A stretch of 64,000 bases of DNA from Candidatus Poseidoniales archaeon (lineage in GTDB: Archaea; Thermoplasmatota; Poseidoniia; Poseidoniales; Thalassarchaeaceae), in NCBI GenBank assembly GCA_012964335.1, contig DTUF01000024.1:35853-99852 (forward strand). Reading direction: 5' to 3'. Both the position numbers and the translations under genes were made by a program. How positions within the stretch are numbered: position 1 is the first letter of the stretch; each line of letters opens with the position of its first letter. Shown in pieces: positions 19,059 to 27,000 of the stretch. The notes below the pieces were generated by a model. It was not told the DNA's origin. It did not search any database and saw only the letters and a program-made list of their open reading frames with translations.

Positions 19059-20240
19059 GTGAGACAGGTGGACTTCCGAGAAACTGACGAACAAAGCATG
19101 ATTCGAGCCATGGTTAGAGATTTTGCCGAATCAGTACTCCCACCAACCATTGAAATGAGGGACAAGGAACAGATTCCTCCTACTGAAGAATGGCAGACTT
19201 TTTGTAAAGAAACTGGCCTACAGGGCATTACTATTGCAGAGGAATACGGAGGCATGCCAGTAGATGATATTAGTGAAGCGATTATCATTGAAGAACTAGC
19301 TCGCGTTGATGCCTCGTTCTCAGTATTTTATTGCGTCCATGTCGGACTTTGTTCCAAGACCATTTCATTACACGGGACAGATGAACAGAAGCAGAAATAT
19401 TTGACTCAACTAGCGGCTGATAAGGTCGGTGCATATTCACTATCAGAAGCCGGAGCTGGTACTGATGCAGGCGCCCTTTCATGCAAAGCAGAGTTGTCAA
19501 CAGACGGTTCTCATTACGTCTTGAACGGAATGAAAATGTGGGTCACAAATGGTGATTCAGCAGACATTTATGTTCTTTTTGCAAAGGTAGTTGAGCATCC
19601 GGAATATGGGGTTAAGAAACATGGTGGAACAACTGCTTTTATTGTTGAAAAAACGTTTGATGGGTTTAGCGTCGGTAAGAAGGAAGACAAACTTGGTATC
19701 CGTAGTAGTGATACATGTAGCCTAGTGCTTGAAGATTGCAAAATACCAGTAGAAAATGTACTTGGAGAGGTTGGAAAGGGTTTCTCAATTGCCATGAATG
19801 CTTTAGATAATTCACGCATTGGTATCGCGGCACAAGCACTAGGAATATCGCAAGGAGCATTTGAGGCATCACTGAAATATGCTCACGAAAGAGAGACTTT
19901 TGGAAAGCCGCTGGCAGCCCACCAGATGATCACCTCATACCTCGCAGATATGGCTACACGCATCGATGCTTCTCGCCTCCTAGTATACCGTGCAGCACAT
20001 GCAAAACAGTTGCACTACGAAGAAGGTACACCGCGGCACACCAATGAAGCAAGCATGGCAAAACTGTTCGCAGGAGATACCGCAATGTGGGTATCTGAAC
20101 GGGCTGTACAAATTCACGGAGGTTACGGATATATCACCGAGTTCCCTGTAGAGAGATTCTTCCGAGACGCAAAAATCACTCAGATTTATGAAGGGACTCA
20201 AGAAGTTCAGAGATTGGTGATTGCTCGGAATCTAAAATGA
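19059..20240 (+). CDS. Acyl-CoA dehydrogenase (short/branched-chain type)
   Basis: YSLSEAGAGTD, KMWVTNG, KLGIRSS, RIGIAAQALG, QIHGGYGY, IYEGTQEVQR. Confidence 0.93.
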   Translation: MRQVDFRETDEQSMIRAMVRDFAESVLPPTIEMRDKEQIPPTEEWQTFCKETGLQGITIAEEYGGMPVDDISEAIIIEELARVDASFSVFYCVHVGLCSKTISLHGTDEQKQKYLTQLAADKVGAYSLSEAGAGTDAGALSCKAELSTDGSHYVLNGMKMWVTNGDSADIYVLFAKVVEHPEYGVKKHGGTTAFIVEKTFDGFSVGKKEDKLGIRSSDTCSLVLEDCKIPVENVLGEVGKGFSIAMNALDNSRIGIAAQALGISQGAFEASLKYAHERETFGKPLAAHQMITSYLADMATRIDASRLLVYRAAHAKQLHYEEGTPRHTNEASMAKLFAGDTAMWVSERAVQIHGGYGYITEFPVERFFRDAKITQIYEGTQEVQRLVIARNLK

Positions 20241-20284
20241 ATAATTGCACATTCAAAAAGATTCAAAGCCAAGAATTCATTGAA

Positions 20285-21541
20285 TTATGGCCATCGTAAC
20301 TGCGGCCAATCACTTGGGTCACTATCTTGCCAATCAATGTCGTTGAGCATAGAGTATAGTTCATCAATAGACGATACATCATGTTCTACTTGCAAGCGGT
20401 GAAGATATTCCTTCAGTCGACCAAGCCTAATCCCTGGCGGCAATCCAGTATTATCTGCAATCCAGTGGCCATCGGCCAAAGCAACATCATTGGCCTTATT
20501 TTCTTGAAGTTGGTCAAGTGCAGTTTGAACCTTTTCAACACCTTCAGTATCAAGTGCAAATTCACAGGCTAGTTGAGTATCAAGCCCTTCACCAAGAACA
20601 GCTCGGTAAAGACGAAGGTGATTTACGTCATTTTCATTAGGCAAATTACCCATAAATCTTCTCAATTCACTAACTCGAGTGATGGTCGCTTTAGGCATGG
20701 TCAAATCTCTGAACAAGCCGGCTGGGTTATCATGCCGAAACATGATTGCCAATCGGGCTTCAATCACTGGACATATTGATGATTTCATCTGAAGAGAAGA
20801 TTGGCCATTTAAATCAAATGAATGGCCATTAAAAATGATATTAAGAACACCATCAGATTCCATCCTTGCCAATACATCTGCCGCGTGAACACCTGACAAA
20901 ATCCGGCGTAATTCCTGCCAAATTCGCTCTACACTAACATTTTTCAACATTTCGCGGCACTCAAGAAGTGCCGCTGAAAGTAGTTCATCAGGCTGCCACA
21001 ATCCACCAACCCCTTGGTCCATGAATCGATAAGCACGCATTACACGCAGGCCATCTTCCTCCAACCGAAGTGAGGCATCCCCTACCGCCCTAAGGACCCC
21101 ATTTCGCAGGTCCTCAAGCCCATTATACGGGTCATACAACTCTTTTCTAGCCAAGTCAATAGCCATGGCATTGATAGTCAAATCACGTCTTTCTAAATCC
21201 ACTGCAAGTGATGTACCAAAGTCAACTGAATCAGGTCTCCTTCCATCAAGATATTCTTGGTCGCACCTCAGAGTTGTCACCTCAAACAAGTCAGACCCAG
21301 CGTTTAGACGCACTGAAACCGTACCGTACTCTACTCCGGTCTTGATTGAGTTCGGAAAGTGCTTCAATACCTGATGTGGTTCAATATCTGTTGCCAAATC
21401 ATAATCGTTAGGTTTTACTCCGCTCAAACCTTGTCGAATACTTCCTCCAACCACCCATATTCCGGCACTGTTTTCAGCAAAAATTGAGACGATTTTTAGA
21501 AGGTCATCCGGTAGAGACTGAACCCAAGATTCTAATTGCAT
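20285..21541 (-). CDS. cca: Class II (bacterial/eukaryotic-type) tRNA nucleotidyltransferase
   Basis: VVGGSIR, DYDLATD, EVTTLR, DLERRDLTINAMA, EDGLRVMRA, VSVERIWQEL; start moved to ATG 21541 to avoid overlap with the divergent gene. Confidence 0.85.
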   Translation of the reverse strand: MQLESWVQSLPDDLLKIVSIFAENSAGIWVVGGSIRQGLSGVKPNDYDLATDIEPHQVLKHFPNSIKTGVEYGTVSVRLNAGSDLFEVTTLRCDQEYLDGRRPDSVDFGTSLAVDLERRDLTINAMAIDLARKELYDPYNGLEDLRNGVLRAVGDASLRLEEDGLRVMRAYRFMDQGVGGLWQPDELLSAALLECREMLKNVSVERIWQELRRILSGVHAADVLARMESDGVLNIIFNGHSFDLNGQSSLQMKSSICPVIEARLAIMFRHDNPAGLFRDLTMPKATITRVSELRRFMGNLPNENDVNHLRLYRAVLGEGLDTQLACEFALDTEGVEKVQTALDQLQENKANDVALADGHWIADNTGLPPGIRLGRLKEYLHRLQVEHDVSSIDELYSMLNDIDWQDSDPSDWPQLRWP

Positions 21542-21664
21542 AGGCAAGCCTCTCCCCTTGAGGTCCCCAAGCCCCCCTTTGGGCAACGCCTTGACTCTCG
21601 CGAACGGCTCCACAAAGTAACGGGGGGCGGCAATTGCTTTCAAGGGGAATGGCGAGTCGAGGCT

Positions 21665-22072
21665 ATGAAGGTGGAACTAGTTGCTATTGAGTGGCTAAGG
21701 GCTCACGAAGAGACTCGGCCGAGAAAGGTTCGAGAATTAGCCAAAATTACAAAAAAATGGGGTTGTTACACCAAACCATTGCTGGTAGATAGAAAGAGTG
21801 GCGCCATCCTTGATGGACACCACCGCCATGCTGTTGGCCATATTCTAAATCTATCCCGATTACCGGTTGTTCTTTTTGATTATTTTGAAGATGATTCCAT
21901 CACAGTTGAACCCTGGCCAAATTGCGGACTTGAAACTCTATCAAAACAAGATATCATTGACATGTCTATTTCTGACGAATTATACCCACCAAAAACCAGC
22001 CGCCATACTACCAGTTGGAAAAGCCCTCCAATAGCAGAATCTCTAGAACGTTTAGCAAAATTGAATGATTAA
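21665..22072 (+). CDS. ParB/sulfiredoxin N-terminal domain protein (SerK/SbnI-like)
   Basis: LRAHEE, PLLVD, ILDGHHR, PPKTSRH motifs; start moved to ATG 21665. Confidence 0.75.
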   Translation: MKVELVAIEWLRAHEETRPRKVRELAKITKKWGCYTKPLLVDRKSGAILDGHHRHAVGHILNLSRLPVVLFDYFEDDSITVEPWPNCGLETLSKQDIIDMSISDELYPPKTSRHTTSWKSPPIAESLERLAKLND

Positions 22073-22117
22073 ATACGCCCTCGTCGAGGTCAAATTATCT
22101 GTTCAAGATAATATATC

Positions 22118-23182
22118 TCATGGGACTAAATCTTCGTGGTGGCCAAATCCAAAGTCTTCAAATGTCGCATCGGGAGCGCCTGGGTGTTGCATCTTTGTCT
22201 CTAATAACGCCATCATGGTGGGCCATAATGGCGTCAACCATTCTGATGCATTCGCCAACAAGTCAAAGAGTGGATGTTCAGACAATTCTTCAGTTAGTTC
22301 ATCAAAGTGAATGAATATATCATTCGGATCTTCATCGCCAACATCCCATAAATCGTCATCAACATTAGCTACTAGGGCAACTGGAGGTAAATTCTCGGGG
22401 AGTTGCCGTAAATCAGCCGCCAATGCACGCAGACTGTCTGCCTCATCAGTGTCAAAAACACCCAACTCAGTTCCGATTTCCAAAGCATCCTCAAACAGGC
22501 CTGCAAGTTCTCTAGAATCTGTAGATTCAGACTCAGTTTCACATATATCCACCGGTCCGAAAAGTACGCCACCTAGGTCTGTATCAAACAGATTACCTTG
22601 CTTCTCCCTCTTGATTAGTCTTTGAGCTATTCTGCCTCCAAGGGGGGCGATTACAAATCCTCCATCAGCAACTCTGTCCTCAACCCAAGTTGGTAATTCT
22701 GTAAGGGAACCTGTCACTAATACACGATTCAACGGAGAGGGGAGGTTAGGGGGGGTATGGTTAATTTCCCTCATCTTACGAGTGTGGAAAGTTGTGTCAC
22801 TTTCAAAATCCCTGAGATGGTTTCGAACATGTTCAATTACCTGCCTATTTGGGTCTACAACAGTAACCCCTCCATCAGGCCCTACTATATGGCCAATTAA
22901 CGCAGCCAAGTAGCCACCTTTAGCACCTATAAGCAGAACTTCATCCCCATCATCTAATTCCAAGTGATGTAAAAGAGTGCATATCATATGTGGTGCTGAA
23001 ATTGTTTTGATTCCGCCTTCATCGGTTTCAGTAAAAACTAGTGGCCTATCGTGGTAGAATGGAGTTGGGTCATAGTCACTAAAGGATTCAATATCAACTG
23101 AGAGCATAGCATCACGAATCGCTGGAGACATTGGTACATCAGCGGATTCAAGCCGCGCCAACAAGTCTGATATCTCACTCAC
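22118..23182 (-). CDS. Protein-L-isoaspartate O-methyltransferase-like protein with acidic C-terminal extension
   Basis: TISAPHM...L...L..GD.VL.IG...GYLAAL...VG..G.V, and GG.VIAPLG; SAM motif altered to LLIGAKGGY. Confidence 0.72.
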   Translation of the reverse strand: MSEISDLLARLESADVPMSPAIRDAMLSVDIESFSDYDPTPFYHDRPLVFTETDEGGIKTISAPHMICTLLHHLELDDGDEVLLIGAKGGYLAALIGHIVGPDGGVTVVDPNRQVIEHVRNHLRDFESDTTFHTRKMREINHTPPNLPSPLNRVLVTGSLTELPTWVEDRVADGGFVIAPLGGRIAQRLIKREKQGNLFDTDLGGVLFGPVDICETESESTDSRELAGLFEDALEIGTELGVFDTDEADSLRALAADLRQLPENLPPVALVANVDDDLWDVGDEDPNDIFIHFDELTEELSEHPLFDLLANASEWLTPLWPTMMALLETKMQHPGAPDATFEDFGFGHHEDLVP

Positions 23183-23263
23183 GAACTAAGCCACTACAGT
23201 CCTCACACAAAAGGCTACGGGGTCGCGTGGTTCATAATGGAGTGGTTCTTCGGCCTATTAGTC

Positions 23264-23336
23264 GGGCTCGTGGTCTAGCGGTTATGACGTCGCCTTTACA
23301 AGGCGAATATCGGCGGTTCAAATCCGCCCGGGCCCA
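23264..23336 (+). tRNA. tRNA-Val(TAC), CCA not encoded
   Basis: GGGCTCG/CGGGCCC acceptor stem, TCGCC-TTTACAA-GGCGA anticodon arm, GGTTCAAATCC T-arm. Confidence 0.95.
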
Positions 23337-23525
23337 TAATAAAATTAACTAGGGTGTAAAAAATTACAACTTTTTTTGAAATTAATTTCGCCCAGACCTA
23401 AAGATGGTATCTCGACCAATAGTCTGAGATAATCTTTCATAAATGCCGAAATAACTCATTACTTGAAGATTCCATCATTTTTGTCCGCCCATATAGTCAA
23501 AAGGCTCCGCTCCGGCGCCTAAAAC

Positions 23526-24242
23526 ATGGCACAAGACGCCTCAGTGCTAGCAGGTTTACTAGCCCGCCGTATCAAACGGGCAGAAATGTTCCTCGCCACG
23601 GCAGAATCCTGTACAGGAGGCATGATTGCTTCTGTCCTGACTGACATACAAGGAGCTAGCCGTTGGTTCACTCAAGGCTGGATTACTTATTCAAATGAAT
23701 CAAAAATCAAACAATTAGGAGTTGATGAAAGTATTTTCGTTGCTGATGAAGGATCGGCTGGTGCCGTCAGTTCAGAAGTTGCTGAGGCAATGGCAATTGG
23801 CGCTGCTAAGAAATCAGGCGCTGATATGACAATCGCTGTAACAGGAATTGCAGGACCAACTGGTTCTACTGAATCAAAAGAAGTTGGATTAGTTTGGGTA
23901 GGGATTTATCTTGATGACAAAGTCACAACAAAGTGTGCAGAATTTGGGCAGGGTGACCGTCACAGCAACAAGGAGGCTTTCACCACTTTTGCTCTTAGGG
24001 TTGCTTTGGAAGTATGGGGAGAACACCATGAACAACAGAACGCAGAGAGTGAATCTTCAGATGAAGATGGTTCAAAAGCGCCTACAAGTGTCCCTGCAGC
24101 CCTAAATTTACTGTCAGATGGCCCCCAAACAGGAGACTGGCATGGAGATGTGGCTTGGTCAGAAGGTGATGAAGAACCTAAACCTGATTCTGATGAAGAC
24201 CCAGCCATACCTGATTCCGATATCGCTTGGGGTGAAGAGTAG
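23526..24242 (+). CDS. pncC: CinA C-terminal / nicotinamide-nucleotide amidohydrolase (PncC) with acidic tail
   Basis: ATAESCTGG, GASRWF, TYSNESK, GAVSSEVAEAMA, TGIAGPTG. Confidence 0.88.
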   Translation: MAQDASVLAGLLARRIKRAEMFLATAESCTGGMIASVLTDIQGASRWFTQGWITYSNESKIKQLGVDESIFVADEGSAGAVSSEVAEAMAIGAAKKSGADMTIAVTGIAGPTGSTESKEVGLVWVGIYLDDKVTTKCAEFGQGDRHSNKEAFTTFALRVALEVWGEHHEQQNAESESSDEDGSKAPTSVPAALNLLSDGPQTGDWHGDVAWSEGDEEPKPDSDEDPAIPDSDIAWGEE

Positions 24243-24323
24243 GTACTCTAATTCTAACTCATTCAATCTGTGGATTAATTTTCAAGCGCAATTGCTTAGA
24301 ACATCCTCGTCCGCCTTGAAGAT

Positions 24324-26000
24324 ATGGCGGACGGGGGCTGGCGTATAATCTCATTGAAATTACTCGCCGCGAAGTTGTTTCCCGCGGCAGACATCAGTGA
24401 AAGATTGTTAGCGATTGATAATCTAGACCAATTAATTTCTATTGCAGTTGATGAAGGAATGACTGGATTATTGACCAATGAAATCTTATCAAACCTTGAA
24501 CAAAAGTCTCGCTCTATAACGAGCGAGCCTGAGAAAGATGATGAAACTGATTCCGAATCTGTATCTGAAGATTTCAACGAGATGGTTCCGGTTCTTGATG
24601 CAGCAAAACAAGATTTGAACAACAAGCCAACACAAGGGCGCGTCCTCGCCCCGATTAGTCCACCTGAACTAAAACCAGCGGAACGTCCTCACGGACTTCC
24701 ACATTTCTCTCTAGATGGTTTTCCTATGCTAGCAACCGATGTTGATATTGAGTTAGACATCCACTTTGACATCACAGGAAAAAGTACTACTGAAGGGAAA
24801 CTAAGTGACATTATTTCCCACTTCAATAGCCGTTTAGAAAAAATAAAAAAGATGCTAATTACTTCAGGTAAATTACCAAATAGACCGATAGAAACCAATC
24901 AACTCGCTCGCAACAAATCACGTTATTCAGACAGTAACAATACTGCGACAATCGTTGGACTGGTCAATGATGTCAGGCATAAAGGGGAAAATCTTCATTT
25001 CAAGGTAGAAGACATTAGTGGTGAGATATTTTGTGTTCTCCGGCCACCGCGCGCTATGGATGGTTCAGCCGCAGCAAAGCGGCGAAACACCATTGCAGTT
25101 GCCGGTCTAATGGAGGACGATGTTGTAGGCGTAACAGGCTTCATCAATCCCGGTAGCAGAGACATGCTGTTAGTCGAAGATATACATCTTGCACCAATGA
25201 CAAGGCACACAAAACGATGTGCTGAGGAGAACCAAGCGGTATCTGCTGCTTTTGTATCAGATCTTCATGTAGGATCCAAAACATTCCTTCGCTTCCAATG
25301 GGATAAGTTGGTGAAATGGTTTCACGAAGACCCACTTGCGAAGACCATCAAATATCTAGTTCTCTCAGGTGATGCTGTTGATGGAGTAGGGATTTACAAG
25401 GACCAAGACAAAGAATTAGAGATTGTTGACGTCTACAAACAGTACGAAGAAGTGGCTCGTCTAACCGAGTTATTACCCGATTGGGTGGAGACCATCATCC
25501 TGCCAGGTAACCATGATGCGGTGCGCCCAGCTGAACCACAACCATCTCTAGACCCAATGATTCAGCAATATTTCAACAGCGCCACATTTGTTGGTAACCC
25601 TTGTGATTTCAGCCTACACGGGGTGCGTACTCTTGCTTATCACGGAGTGAGCATCATGGACTTTGTTTCATCAATAAAACACGTAACATTCAGTAAGCCA
25701 GAGATTGCCATGGCAGAAATGCTGGAGAGGCGTCATTTAGCACCAACTTGGGGTGGCAAAACCCCACTGTCCCCAGAACCAGAGGACCACATGGTGATTG
25801 AGAATATTCCAGACATTTTTGTCACAGGACACGTACATGGACATCACTGTGGAGATTACAAAGGAAGCACTCTGATTCAAAGTAGTACTTGGCAGGACCA
25901 GACAGGATACATGCGAATGCTTGGATTCCAGCCAAAACCGTGCATTCTGACTGTTGTTAATTTGAACACACATAAAACTGCTTCAGTACCATTTGCATAA
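24324..26000 (+). CDS. polD1: DNA polymerase D small subunit DP1 (OB fold plus calcineurin-like exonuclease)
   Basis: SDLHVGSK, GDAVDGVGIY, PGNHDAVRPAEPQP, YHG, RHLAPTWG, GHVH, STWQDQT. Confidence 0.93.
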   Translation: MADGGWRIISLKLLAAKLFPAADISERLLAIDNLDQLISIAVDEGMTGLLTNEILSNLEQKSRSITSEPEKDDETDSESVSEDFNEMVPVLDAAKQDLNNKPTQGRVLAPISPPELKPAERPHGLPHFSLDGFPMLATDVDIELDIHFDITGKSTTEGKLSDIISHFNSRLEKIKKMLITSGKLPNRPIETNQLARNKSRYSDSNNTATIVGLVNDVRHKGENLHFKVEDISGEIFCVLRPPRAMDGSAAAKRRNTIAVAGLMEDDVVGVTGFINPGSRDMLLVEDIHLAPMTRHTKRCAEENQAVSAAFVSDLHVGSKTFLRFQWDKLVKWFHEDPLAKTIKYLVLSGDAVDGVGIYKDQDKELEIVDVYKQYEEVARLTELLPDWVETIILPGNHDAVRPAEPQPSLDPMIQQYFNSATFVGNPCDFSLHGVRTLAYHGVSIMDFVSSIKHVTFSKPEIAMAEMLERRHLAPTWGGKTPLSPEPEDHMVIENIPDIFVTGHVHGHHCGDYKGSTLIQSSTWQDQTGYMRMLGFQPKPCILTVVNLNTHKTASVPFA

Positions 26001-26011
26001 GACGGAACTAT

Positions 26012-26698
26012 CTAGAGTTCCGATGGGAACGATTCGCCTGGGAAAAGATGTGGCCAAAGGTTTCTACAATCATTACCCTCAACAATAGGTACTCCAGCTT
26101 CTTGAAAGCCCTCAAAGGCCATTTCTTTACTTGGGTTAAACCCAATGAATCTACTGCCAGGAATCATCATTGAAAGGTCGGTATGATTGTCCCCAACTGA
26201 ACATATCTGCTCTGGCTCAAGGTTATTGATACGGCACAACTTCTCAACCATGTCCCCTTTGTAGTGAGCCGGTACTCTCACCATACCCTCATCTTGAAGG
26301 AAGCCTTTTTCATCATACTGGAAGCCATTTGCTACCCAGTCATCAACTTTCAACATTTGAGCAATTGAGCCTATTAGCAAATCAACACCTGCACTTACGA
26401 TGGCCACTGCGACGCCCCTCTCTTTGAGAGCATCCACCAAATCTCTAGCACCAGGATTTAGGTTTACACCTTGGTAACAACGAATTAATTCGTCGCGATG
26501 GATTAATGGATTCACCTTCTTCCAATGTTGGATATCATCAGCCATGAACTCTTCATCAGAAATTCCTCCCTTTAGGAATTGGTCTAACATCGGTCCACTA
26601 TTTGTGCCAAAATGTTCGTGAATAATGCGCCACGAAGAGATGGTGTCAATGAGTACCCCATCGCAATCGAAAACTACCGCTCGTAACTCCATGCTCAC
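26012..26698 (-). CDS. HAD-IB phosphatase (phosphoserine-phosphatase-like)
   Basis: FDCDGVL (motif I), IVSAG (II), K and VGDNHTD (III/IV). Confidence 0.85.
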   Translation of the reverse strand: MSMELRAVVFDCDGVLIDTISSWRIIHEHFGTNSGPMLDQFLKGGISDEEFMADDIQHWKKVNPLIHRDELIRCYQGVNLNPGARDLVDALKERGVAVAIVSAGVDLLIGSIAQMLKVDDWVANGFQYDEKGFLQDEGMVRVPAHYKGDMVEKLCRINNLEPEQICSVGDNHTDLSMMIPGSRFIGFNPSKEMAFEGFQEAGVPIVEGNDCRNLWPHLFPGESFPSEL

Positions 26699-26837
26699 AA
26701 CTCATGTTTGCGGTTGTTATGGTCTCTTATGAATGGAATGATTAAACTGCTGAACTACATCTATTCCTGTTCAGAATTTTCATAGTGAAAAAGTGTAATT
26801 TATACGGAAATATTGAGATTCAAGGTTTCAAAATGAG

Positions 26838-26986
26838 AAAAGGCCCCACCACTGCTCAGCAGATGCCGAACAGAGGCGGGGCCAAATCAGCCTTACCGCA
26901 AACAGAGCTTACGCTCTGTAACGGAAGGTCGGGTGCTCAGGGGCCAAAGCCCCCAAGCATCCCTGCATTCAGCGCCCGAAGGCGCT
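26838..26986 (-). other. Four tandem hairpins plus U-tract in the 3' region of the giant gene (structured 3'UTR/terminator or small ncRNA)
   Basis: On the minus strand: AGCGCC-UUCG-GGCGCU; GGG(A)UGCUUGGGGGC-UUUG-GCCCCUGAGCACCC; ACAGAGC-GUAA-GCUCUGU inside a longer stem; GGCCCCGCC.CUGUUCGGC-AUCU-GCUGAGCAG.GGUGGGGCC followed by UUUU. Confidence 0.7.
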
Positions 26987-27000
26987 TCGTATTACTCACT

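Noticed and set aside
21536-21664. Overlapping N-terminal extensions of the cca and ParB-like ORFs as given in the track
   Set aside because: Family similarity begins at downstream ATGs (21541 and 21665); the interval is more plausibly a divergent promoter
26838-26986. Hairpin cluster as SRP RNA, 5S rRNA, RNase P RNA or a CRISPR array
   Set aside because: No SRP helix-8, 5S or RNase P conserved motifs seen; the hairpins differ in sequence, so there is no repeat-spacer pattern
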